Assembly (NCBI GenBank): GCA_043228905.1
Contig: JBHGNT010000001.1
Location: forward strand, 35,092,001 to 35,156,000
DNA: 64,000 bases
DNA from: Azolla caroliniana
Taxonomy: Eukaryota; Plantae; Polypodiophyta
Direction of reading: 5' to 3'
A program made the position numbers and the translations under genes. Below the pieces are notes generated by a model that searched no databases, was not told the origin of the DNA, and saw only the letters and a program-made list of their open reading frames with translations. This document shows, piece by piece, positions 12,693 to 24,872 of this stretch. Numbering within the stretch: position 1 is the stretch's first letter; each line of letters begins with the position of its first letter.

Positions 12693-13699
12693 TAAATGGT
12701 TTATAAATGTCCCTTCACCTCTAATAGATTCTTGTCTTGCTAAACCATTTTCATCTATTTGAAAACCTTTTAACTTTGCAACTCCTTCTGTCTTTCAAAA
12801 GTTCTTTCCATCTCTCTGACCTTTTTTTCGTTTCTCAAAATGCCCTCTTTGAAATCAATAGAATTTCATTATATTGTCCAATATTAGTATTTACTATGTA
12901 ATAGTAAAACTGACAATAGAGGGAAACCTCAATCTCTCGTGAAAACCTCAAGAACCAAGTAAAGAATGTCCTTAAGTTGTAGACAATCGAATTGAAATTA
13001 TATAAATGATGGGTTGAAAGAGTTTACTTCCTATAGTTGGTTTTGACAAAAAAAAACTTGTGATTTTGGGCCATCTTCCCAAAATCTTGACTATTGGAGG
13101 AGATAAACATTGGTTAATTTGCCATGCGGAATCTATCCAAATAACCAATTTATTTTCCCAAACCTTTCACCGGCAAATCTTGGTAAAGGTAATATATGTA
13201 TTCTTTGTATAAATGGTTTGGTGAGTGAGTCCATACACAAATATGTGTGGCCAAATACAAAATTGTGCTTGAGATAATTTAGATCAGGCCCTTTGCATTA
13301 AAGTAAAATCACTATAAAAAAAATGAATGAATTATGATGTCATTTTTTAAGAGATGACACTTTTGAAGTGTACCTAAAAATCAGTCAATATTTGGTACCA
13401 ACATAGTGCCAAACTCCTTTGCTCAAAATAAATTACGCTTGACAAACCTTCAATCCAAGGCCTTGAGGATAGTTCTAGAAGGTTTATACAAAGCTGAAAT
13501 TTAGTTCAAATGGAAGTTGGACGAACCAGTCTCGTGTGAAAATGAATACTCTATGAACAAGGTTACTGTGGGACTTTTATTGGGTTTGAGATCTTTATTT
13601 GAACAAACAAACATGGAAATCTTGTGCGATTGATCATTAACAAACGATTGGTTTGCCCGCATGACCTAAGATCACCCGAGATTGATTTTAGGCACACAC

Positions 13700-14640
13700 A
13701 CACTATGCTTTTGGTGTGAGACATTAGATTCCCAACTTTATCTAATCTTAGTGTTCATGGTAGATTTTTGAGGACACTCCATATACTCTTGGGCATGAGG
13801 TGTACCAAAGATCACATAAGACCATTTTCGAACGGGATACCTAAATGCCATGAAGAAACACGAGCCATAAGATACTCGGGAGGTTAGAGCGATATGCGGA
13901 ATTGAGATCCTGAGCCTTTTGTTCGAGAAATTACTGGCTAGGAGATGGGCACGAGTCGGTGACATAAGGTTTATGTCCACCCCGAGGAGGTGTGTGGGCA
14001 CATGGAATGCCCCTTCCTTCACAAAATGTACGGTGGGGCCAAAAGAGAATTCAAGACCACGTTATGTTCGTCTCCAAAAGAATCCATGCCAAAAGTGTGT
14101 GCTGGTGATGATGATGATGATAAAAGTGCCACGTCCGCAATCCGAGATGCCTAGAATCAGGGGCCCGAATATTCGAGATTCCGGATCTGGAGCAGCTGCG
14201 CATATCCGCAGAGAATCCCAAGCAAAAATAAATAAAGTAAAAAAAAAATGGGGGCCTTATTCTTTTTAATTTTTGTTTTTTGTTTTCAAAAAGCGTGCGA
14301 ATCTGCGTCGACGGGATCCGCATCTTTGACATGTGTGTACTGAATCCTCGAAGATTCCGCCCCACCCTCAATATTAAAGAACTATGTATGTATATCAATT
14401 TTGAAATTAAAAGGAAATTAGAAGACTCGTATCTGAATTTTTGGGCTTCCTACGTGTCACCAGGAGGGCCTTAGATCTTTGCACGTGTCAACATCTGCGC
14501 GCGTCGATTTTTTTCTTTCTACTAGTGGGTCCGTTTCACACTTGGGGCCCCGGCCGGCCGCCCCCCCCCCCCCCCCCACTTTGATTTCGTCAACAATACT
14601 TCACGTGGACATCCTTCTCTTTCTTGGGCCGCATCTCTTT
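13700..14640. mobile_element. CpG-rich segment resembling a DNA-transposon terminal/subterminal region
   Basis: Abrupt rise in GC/CpG, repeated ACGTGTCA, short palindromes and a poly-C tract. No credible ORF. The family assignment is inference only. Confidence 0.3.
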
Positions 14641-15224
14641 TTTAACAAGAAAGTGCAAAAGCTTGGCTTTTCAACCACTCCACCTACATGTGTCTTTCAA
14701 GGAAACATACCCATCCCATACCTCATGCATTATGATCTATAGTGCATGCTCCCTCTCTCCTCCTCTTAATTATGTTCACCTAAATTATATACCATAAAAT
14801 TTGGCTCACTCCATGCATTCAAAGTTGTGCTACATCTCACATTGATGTTCGTACAATTAGCAATGGCTCCTTGGATGCATCGCGCGAAGGGAGCAAACAA
14901 TCTACTTTCCCATGCTTGAGGCCTTCGTTTTCCGAAGACAAAAGCACCTAGAATAAGCTCAACACAGTATGAAAAGTCAATGTGGAAGTAGCTACATTAG
15001 ATGTATCCATATAGTCAAAAGCATTAGGCCCCACGAAGATCTTATTGAACCGGCACAAAGAAGTCTAAAGAAAAACATTGAACTTGGCTTAGAATTTATC
15101 CTTATTTTCATATTCAATGCCATGTGGGCTTGTTGCCAACGACTCTAACTAACACCTAGAGAAAAAAAAACATTCATAATTTGTAGTTGTCTAAAGTTAA
15201 GATGACATTGACTACATTGTACCA

Positions 15225-15586
15225 TAATTACAAGGTAGATAGAAGACACCCCATCCCTTTCATGATTTTGGGCACATGTCGAGAAGGAAAAGAAGTTTTC
15301 CAATTGTTGTACAAAACTTAGCTAATGTATGGTCGAAGACAACATTACATTGTAGCATCTAGGCTCTTTGACAACATAGATTTGGAGTTTGATGTATGTC
15401 TCTAATTACAGGGTAGATAGAAGACATCCCCCATCCCTTTCATGAATTTGGGCACATGTCGAGAAGGAATAGAAGTTTTCGAATTGTTGTACAAAACTTA
15501 GCTAATGTATGGTCGAAGACAACATTACATTGTAGCATCTAGGCTCTTTGACAACATAGATTTGGAGTTTGGTGTATGTCTCTAAT
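15225..15586. repeat. ~178 bp tandem duplication, 2 copies
   Basis: TAATTACARGGTAGATAGAAGACA...GGAGTTTGRTGTATGTCTC at 15225 and 15403, near identical. Confidence 0.95.
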
Positions 15587-15911
15587 GTAGGGATTCAATA
15601 CCAAGTAGTAGATGACAAGGAATTGAAACCAACCTCGTGCTACGTTACCATCTATAATGTCACCACACTTACGCGTGTTCAAAATAACGCCCATGAGTCA
15701 CATACATTTCAACATTTTGATGCATGTGGGTCGTTGGGTCCATATATGTATGGGCAAAATACTTTCTTCTTCTTCTTTTTTCCAAAAAAAGATACTACAT
15801 TAGTATTAGAAAACGCCATAAGGCTATACATACAATATATACCACATATCCCCAGTATTTTTCTAAATTCTAACCATTGGCTTAAATAAATACTTTGATC
15901 TTGAGTAAATA

Positions 15912-16260
15912 CTAAAACCACTCCACCTTATCAACAATCCGTCTATAAAATATGCATATGTCCCACATGGCATGAAACTCCAAATGTTTAAGCTCCGCTT
16001 GGTGAGTATTACCTTTTATACTATCCAACAAGCCTCTGAGATTATGCACAATCTCTATCCAAATTCCCGAAATTATTTGGGAAGGTCTCTTAGTCACTTT
16101 TTCAAATACCTTCAAACATTGAGCCTTCCAAATATACCAAATTGTAACACTACTTACCAATTCCCATATTTGCGGTTTATGAGTTTGTATTTGTGGATTC
16201 AAAGGAATCAATTTATTTTCCATCAAACCATATCTCATCACATGGGCAACATACTTTCTT
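15912..16260 (-). mobile_element. Non-LTR (LINE) ORF2 C-terminal fragment
   Basis: The ORF contains WELVSSVTIWYIWKAQCLKVFE, matching the W..IW..RC..VF motif found downstream of zf-RVT in plant L1 elements. Confidence 0.7.
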
Positions 16261-19200
16261 GTCTTGTTTTATAGTTTTAAAAGATAAATTTTGGAAGACC
16301 TCTCTTTGGAAGGTTCAATGACTATCCAGTCGGTGGATCGTAATCAACCAAGCAAAGCATGCTTGAACTAAGAGCTTTGGTTTCTCAAGAACCACCAAAA
16401 TTATAGCACAGATACACATTGCTTTTCCAATTTCTATCATCAAGTTAATGAAAAGGCAATTGAACATACATTAATTTAACCGACAATCAAATTCCACCTT
16501 TTATGCATACCTAATACATTATTTTCACAAGCACACCTATATAATAAAATGCAAATACACGATCAAAACACGTCATCATTCATATCTGCTTATAAAAGCA
16601 TCCATCATATTTATTCATTCAATTTAAACTCTAGAAATTATCAAAGCTTTTGTTGCAAGTACCACTAAGGGGACATATAAAAATCATTGTTATCAACAGG
16701 GGTACATAATACATCATATTCATTGATTTTTTTATCAATTCGAATAAATAATCAAATATAACATTGGAATTAATAATATTGGTGACCGGGCCCATGTAAT
16801 ATTGGTTTGAAACATTTCGGTGGTCTACCTTTCTAAAGCATAATGGATTCCACGATGCAAGGAAAATTTGTGGCTACTAATAGGCAAAACGTGTCATGAA
16901 GTATAGGCAACGTATTGGTATTGGTATTATTTCTAGTTCCTTATCTTAATTGCTACTGAGTGGTCTTCCATGGCAAACATTGCTTTGGTATGTGATCCAA
17001 TGCACCAACACAAGTGATCTCTTGCACATTTTACTTTTCACCTTAGGTACTTGCTCCCTTTATTGTAAGTAATCAATACATGTGTCAAAACATTTGTATA
17101 ACACGGAGCCTTCTCGTACTAGTAGTGGTCTCTCCAATGTTTGCACGCGTGTCAAAACATGAGTGCTTATGAGCTTGATAATGTTTTGCACATATGCTAG
17201 AGCTTGTGCGCTTTGGAGCTCGACAATGTTTGCACACATGTCAAAATTGTGTGCCTTGAATCTTGACAAAGATTGAGAGTGCCTCCGAATGGTATGTTTT
17301 TAACTATAGATGATGTTTAATTTAAGTGCTCATAAAATAATGATGCACATAACCATTCCACTTCTCTACTTAGGAACATTCAACATACTCAAACATATAA
17401 GCATTACTAGCAATGAGATTCTCTTCTCTTGTCTTGTGCACTAAATGATAGAACGTTCAGGGAGAGTTCATTGATGTAGAAGGAAAACTAGATTTTATTT
17501 AAGAAAGTCTAGAACACGAGGTTTTTGTAAGTATGACTTGATTGCAATGGATGTAGAGAGATTACATAGGGAGATTTTTATTATGAAAATTCAAAACATG
17601 CGGGGTTTTCTAAGTAGGAGTTGATTGCAATGGATTTAGTCGTTCACACATGAATGTGATCAGTGGAAATTATCAAAATGTAGTCCTATTGGAATGAGGG
17701 AGTAATATAAAAAACTAAAGTTGAATGACTCTAACAATGTTAACTGAGGATATATTAATCATAAAAGAAGAAGTTATCCCAATCCAATTCATTCCAACAA
17801 ACTTCATTTGTTGTTAATGAATGAGATGTACATTTTGCATCAAATGTTTAATAATGATTAAGTTTTTCATGAAAAGTGCGATACATCAATGTATGTATTA
17901 TATATATGTCCAAAAACAAAACTTCTTGCATTAGTCATAAAATTTTATAGATCAATATATTGCGCAAATCAACGTGATAAGTATGACAAGAGCATGTCGT
18001 GCAATGTTGATTAACAATATAAATTCTAATCACATCAAGAAATAAGTTATATACCTTTAAAGCAATATTATAAGTTGTATACTTTACGTTATTATACTTG
18101 GTTTGTAGTTGTATTTCTAAAATTATGACGTGTATACTTCAATTTTTCTTCTAAAATTAAGAAACCATGGAGAGCAAGACTTTTGTGTCAATAACCACGT
18201 TGCAACGGAGCACATGTCGTAGTTATAGACCATTGCATGTCACTTTTGCAAGACGAGGAGAATAAAGAGTAAGGATAAATATGTCGGTTGTATATGTATT
18301 GATTATTTATTAAGCATGCACATCATTGCTAAAAAATGGGCACACTATAATATTACTCATGGGCAGACCTATGAATCATCAAATTCGATTTAGTATTGAG
18401 CTACATATATCATATATACAATTTTACAAAAGTTGGAGCTCCAATAAACTCAAACTCAAGGCAAATGACCACCTTGAACCCCTCCCCTCGCTAAGAACGA
18501 TGAATTTGGTCGAAATACATGTTTTGTGCTCAACATTATAGATCCATTCAAAGCATTGTAATAAAGGTACATACCATCGCCCTTCATTCAATCACATATG
18601 ATAACATATACCTTAATTATTATAGACTATTTCATAAAAGACATACAAAATCTTTATTGATTTTAATGATCTATAAAGGTCTCCAAAAAAGCAAACACTC
18701 CATACAAGGTATAGAAAATGTACCTTCCAGTTAGTTAGTAAAGAAATATAAAATAAATAAGGGGTAATTGGGGGTTTTAATGCCATATACTTCCATAAAG
18801 AATACAAATGACTAAATCAGAGCTTGAATGCACTAAAATTGTGGGTTAAAGAAAGAAATGTTAAGAGGAACACCACTTTAGTTGAGGACCATTCAAGAAT
18901 GAAAATAGAAGGTGTCCTTCTTGAATTTTATTGCAAGGTGTCATTCGTTGTGGATGCCACACATTTTTCAAATGTTTCTTTGAATCACGTCGTTTGTATG
19001 AGTAATGTGAATACTGGAAATGTGAACTAGCTTTATCCAAAGGATAGTGCGATTTATATGGTAGGAGAGTACTTGCGAGCATTTTCAAATTTGTGTATTG
19101 TTTAGCTTAGACTATAGATAATCAATACAATTGTCAATGACAATGGGAGGTGAAAACTCCTCCAAGTATGCACTTATCAATGATTAAAGAATCCTACTTC

Positions 19201-22200
19201 AAGTTGATTACATGAACTCAAGGATGTTAGAAATACATATGTTGATCCCATAATGATGCAATTGAATCATAAGGAACTTTTAATGATGAAGATGGTGAAT
19301 AGTGGAATGGGATCATGAATGTATTATTCGATGGAGCATGTGTGACATTAAGAAACAGAGTTTTATTCGTAAAACAAGTGACTAAAAAATTATACAGATG
19401 CTATGGATTAACATAATTAAAATAGGGGCATTTTCAATTGAGTTTGATCAATGAGAATGAAGATGTTATGAAAGTGATGAATATTGAGATGCGAACGATG
19501 ATAAATAATACAATATAATAGTGAATTTCATATTGCTCCATAAAACAATATAATTCAACCTCAAAATTTCAAGCACTATTAGACTCAATCATGCGATGCT
19601 TTTGCGTTCTTGATCCGTATATAATTCACTTTTACAAAATAAGCGAGGATTATCAATAGAGTAGTATGCGTAGACATTGAGTTTCTCTTTAGGGGTTTTT
19701 GGAAACCCACTTTTTACACATTGCTTGCACACGAAAGCATGCAATAATAACGTAGCTTTGGACCATGTAAGAAAAGGATGCCTCTACTTGTAAAATAAAC
19801 AGGTTTTATCTAGGCCTTGAGTTCACATGATACGATGGGTTTGTGCGAGGTGCCATTATCTCCCCTTCAATTTGAGCATTTGAATAGATATATAATATAC
19901 AATTAGTCATGTTCATGCAATGTACCTTGCAATTTACAATGTGTTTGTTCCTCCATATGTCCTCCTTTTTTGTAAAGATATACATACATGAGATAGAAAA
20001 AAGTGTGATTTGACTTCTACTAGACATACATATGCTGAAATATCTTAGCTATTCACATTCACATGTTCAAGATATGTATGCCAACAACCTTTGTTGACCT
20101 TTCGATAGTCTTGATGGGAATAAAGCAACACTTATCACTAGTAAATTCAATCCCACCCAAAATATATCCTTGCTTAATGTGAATGGAAGGTTCATTTTTT
20201 TTGTTCGTGTCACTACTGGTAAAGGTTTCATGATGGACACGAATCCTTCGTTGAAAAGAGATATCCGATTATTTGTAGGAAATATACCTCAAGGAAGTTG
20301 CGTGGAAGATAAAAACAACATTGCCAGCGACATGTTACTAAGAAGCAAGGGGACCTATGTGAAAGTAATGTCACGTTCATTTTGCAAGTGATTAACTAAT
20401 ATAATCTGGTAACATGTGTTGGATATTAGAGTATGTTGACCTACGAAGCACCATCTAAGTGATAGAAATATGCATGGTGCATTATGATCACATAAAGGCT
20501 TAACATTCCACATCATTGTAACCTATTGACAATGCTAATATTGTCGGCACTCGTGCTCTTGGGTTTTTGCACCTTTACCACTGGTTGTTCAATGTCTAAG
20601 AGTTGTACGAACAAGATCTAATTATGATGTGGAGTTTTCCATGCATAATTATATTTGTGTCACGTTCATTTATGCATCATGGTTACAACGATATTTTGTG
20701 CACAAATTTGGTTTAACACATTAAACTTAATATGAGTGACTTGGTGAGTGTTGAATTATGGTTTGGAATAGGTATAAAGTAGAGCAATGTCGGTATGTAT
20801 GCATTGAGCAACATTATTCTTTTGGATTGTAAGAAACCGGAGGATGTGGAAATAAAAGAAAAAGGCAACTTCTCTAGCAGTGTAGCCCGATTGCCGAGTC
20901 TTGACTAATCGACATATCGTAGAAGGAACCGATATTTGACTTGTTGGCATATTGTAGAAGGACTAATGTTTGGGGCAGAGGAGATAGTTGCGGGTGTCCA
21001 CGAAAGAAAACTCTTTGTTCGAAGTTTTTTTCGGAGGTTGCATAATGGCTAGAAAGCGTAAAGCATATATATAGATGAAGAAGGGAACGGAAATGTGCAG
21101 AATCGGCGTTAGATGCTGGTGTACGTAATTGTTCTCGCAATTTCGTTAGTAATTGTCATGGGCAGGAAGATGGACGGACACAAGGGGACCGGGCGGAAGA
21201 GGGATGAGAGAAGCAAGAAAAAGGTAATGGATTGGGTGGTAAACAAGAAGAGGGGGCAGGGTGTGATTATGTATGTATGGATTGGAGAGGTATTTTAACA
21301 TAAAAACAAAGGAAACACAGAAAGAAAGGGGGTGGTGGAAGAAGCGTGTGAAAGGCCTCTTAGGAGGGAGGCGCCACGTCAGCACTTGTGCAGTTCATAT
21401 CTCAACAGGATATATATGATTTTTATGCGGAGGACCGACGAGACCCCCCCCCCCCTTTTAAAATAATAATAATTTGTCATTATTATTAATATAATCAAAC
21501 TGCTCAGGAATAAAATAAAAAACCAATCAATAAATATGAAAAGAAATAAAAAAAAAACCTCACTTTTTAAATTTTTTTATCCATCCGAAAAAATTCAGAG
21601 TATCTCAACAATATAAAAGAAAATCGAATTTATTGTTTTGCTTTTTTATTTTTATTGGGGTTCATTTTTCCGTGGTTAAAAGAAAAAGCAAAAAGCAAAA
21701 AAAAATAAAAAATGAAGGAGCGTCTGATTTCCAATTCCGTAAAATTTGAACGATTAAAAAGAGTGTGAAAAGACGAAAGAAATAAAATAACAAAGAAAAA
21801 AAAAACAAACAAACAAACAAAAAGAAACCAAAATTTGAAAGAGAAAATTAGATATTTTGTTTTATAATCTTTAGGTGCGAATTACGTGAAAATTACAGGA
21901 TATCCGCAGATTTACATTTCTTTTAATTCCTTTTCAGCGTCGATTTTATTTATTTAATTTCTAGTTTCTTCTTCTTCTTCTTCTTTCTTATGTAATTTGA
22001 AATCCTTTCGTTTTGCTCCATTTTTCTTGAGAGGTGTAATAAATTGTAATCTTCTTCTCTGCGAAGAGACTGAATCAGGAAGAAGAAAAAACATTTTTTT
22101 CTGCAGACACATGATGGATCCAGCACCTCAGTCAGACGCAGAGTTTAATAATGAAGTGACTGTGAAGACAGAGAGAGAAGAAGAAGAAGAACCGAAATCC

Positions 22201-22298
22201 AAACATGTGCACAAAAAAACCCTACTGTTGTAGCCTCATTCATCTCTCCTTTTGGTTTAATAACCCCCCTCATAGCAACAACCATCAGCACACCAACA

Positions 22299-23620
22299 TC
22301 AGAATTTGAAGATCTCCATGGAACCTCGCTGCCTTTGAACTGTAGCAGATGTAGCTCCCAAAACACCACATTTACTTGGCCTTTTTCTAAAGAAGCATGA
22401 AGAGCTTCTTTTTTTGAAGGTTTGATTTTTGGTTCCCACTGTAGCAGATGCACCAGAAAGGTTCAGAACTTGAAGATCTCAGTAGCTTTTTTCATAACTG
22501 TGCAGGAAAAGCCGGAAGAAATCTCAGAAGACATTAAAAGAAAAAGGATGTGATGAGACTATTTGTCAGAATTGGAAGATCTCCGTAGCGTTTGAACTTT
22601 CGCAACCAGAAGAAGAAGAAGAAGAAACAAGAGAAGTAACATTAAAGCAGACGAACGTATATGTATAATTTTCAGAAGAATTTGAAGATCCCAATAGTTT
22701 TGTTTTGTAACTTTAGTTGATGTAGCAGAAACATCATTAAAGGAGGAGGTTTTCAATGTATTTGTTGAGAATTTGAAGGTCTTCATAGCACCAACATTAA
22801 AATTGACGTGAACTAAAGAAGATATCCATTGCAGCTGATTTCAACTGTAGCAGAGGTGATTGTCGTAGCAGCAAACTACATTAGAAGAATAGAAAGTATC
22901 AATATATATGGTCAGGGGAATCGGATCAAGTTGTCTATAGCTAGATTTAACTGTAGCAGCAAATACAGCATTAAAACCGAGTTTGAGATTCGCTCAGTAG
23001 AATTTGAGGAATTCCATGGCATCTAACTGTAGTTGATGTATTTGGCAAAACTACATTAAAATAGAAGGAGAGGATCTGCATAGCTTTTTATCTGTAGAAG
23101 ACGTACCAGCACAAACAACGACTACAACAGAGATGGTAGAGATCGTTATCAAAGTAAAGAGGTTTCTATAGCGTGTTTTTTATGACTGTGGCAGAAATTG
23201 TAGCGGATGGCGTAAGCAACCGCCACTAAAGGAAAACACGATCTAAATCTCCATTGATGCTTATACTTACTGTAAAGGAATGGAACTGGGATTGAGTTGC
23301 AGTAGGAGTGGTTAAAAAGCAAACAGCAAGAGAAGGAGAAAGAGAAATACAGGAGATCTTATAATAATTCAAAGAAAAATGACTTTCCATGGCTTCTTCT
23401 TTCAGACGAAACCAGAAGGAACGGGGGCAATCTGTTCGATCAGAAGAAAATCTCCATCGCTGATTTAGCTTCAATCTCTTTCTTACATAGCAGAAGCGGC
23501 CAAGAAACCAGGAGTTGCAGTAAGAAGGGGGGGCTTATCTTGCTAATTGAATCATTTAAACTGTAACAGTGTACTAATAGGCGACAAGGAATTGCTGTCA
23601 GAAGGGAAAATTTTCCATTG
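22299..23620. repeat. Degenerate motif array: about 12-14 units of TCAGAATTTGAAGATCTCCATAGC..AACTGTAGCAG..ACATTAAA with divergent spacers
   Basis: Motif A at ~22299, 22463, 22566, 22672, 22768, 22817, 22912, 22994, 23062, 23149, 23243, 23440 and 23598. Motifs B and C follow in the same order in most units. Confidence 0.8.
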
Positions 23621-23999
23621 CTAAGAGTATCAGAAGGAAAACTGGTTTACATATGTAAAGAAGGAAGGTGGCCTCTGTCGCAACGAATACATTCAAAGTA
23701 ATTATAAGCCAAGCTTCGTCAGGTGTCCCCATAGCCAAACTCATTATCGGAATGAGCAAGGCAGAGAAAACAAGATAGCAAGAACTAGGCACAGAAAACA
23801 AAGCGCCGAAGGCAAGACAGAGAAGATAAGACAGACGAATGCGGAGAGGAGAAAAAATTTGTTAATGCATATCTACCTCCATCCATATATTCTCTGATCC
23901 GGTATTACGGACATGGCCAATTCAATTCTGAGATGAGGCAGGCAGACTAAATTCGAGCTTTGAAAAACAGAAAAGAAAGCTTGGTTCTCTGTGAGTTTT

Positions 24000-24078
24000 C
24001 ATCTCTCTCTCTCTCTCTCTCTCCCCCTCTCTCTCTCTGCTTTTAACACTTGTTCCTCTCTCTGTGGATCTATATTCT

Positions 24079-24117
<39 letters not shown>

Positions 24118-24212
24118 CCCCTAGCCCCTCCTTTATCTCCTTCATACGCTTCTTGTGAAAATTCTTGCTCTCCTTTTTCACTCCATCTCTTTCTCTTTCT
24201 CTCTCTCTCTCA
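24000..24212. repeat. (CT)n microsatellites in the probable 5' leader/promoter of the HHO gene
   Basis: Several CT dinucleotide tracts. Confidence 0.85.
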
Positions 24213-24872
24213 GCACTGTGACAAAATATTCCAAACTTTATTCCTTCCTTCGTCTTGTTAACTTCTTTTTCTGCTGCTGCTTCTTGACTTGGACTGATCT
24301 TCAGGACATATATAGTTAGCTTCTCTCATTGTTTATTCTAATTTCGTGAGAAGCAGGCATTAATTCAGCAGAAATTAACATCAGACAGTGTGGAAATGAT
24401 GGTGGGCAGATGAAAATTCTCATTAGTGCCATCGTTATTCTTAGTTTTCTCCTTCTTCTTCACTTTCATTAGTAATCTTAGACTTCTTTTTTCTCCTCAT
24501 TACTTCCACCAGAAATCGTAGTGTTCTTATTCTTCTTCATTACTTACACCATTCATTAATCTAAGTGTTCGTATTCTTCCATTTTACTTCTACCATTCTC
24601 TTCTTCTTCTTCCTTATTCCTATTAATATTAATTTCTTCTAGGTAATCCTTTCACATTCATCATCACTATCTTTTTCTTCACATCCACCGTTATCCTTTG
24701 TCACTTTCACCTTCATCTGTTGGTGCTCTTCTTACCCCGATGTACAGCCAACCTTTTCTGATCCAAGCTGAAAGTTTGTGTATCTGGGAGGAGAAGAGCG
24801 AGCGCTGACCCTATTATAACAAGTTAATATATCTTCTTCCTCCTCCTGAAGGAACTGACGATTACGAGGGCA

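Noticed and set aside
13738-14742. Cluster of 60-116 aa ORFs
   Set aside because: They arise from locally higher GC content, with no recognisable domains or splice structure.
16700-20700. Possible decayed DNA-transposon coding sequence
   Set aside because: Only fragmentary frames with no diagnostic motif I can support.
22299-23620. Array as one repeat-protein CDS or a set of alternative terminal exons (TTAAT..CTACAG resembles branch point plus acceptor on the minus strand)
   Set aside because: There are frequent stops, the phase between the putative acceptors and the MEIFKF frame is inconsistent, and no upstream coding exon was identified.
22299-23620. miR399 target or IPS1-like mimic sites (shared ATCTCC core, next to a phosphate-related TF)
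   Set aside because: The TTTGGCA segment needed to pair with the miR399 5' end is absent.
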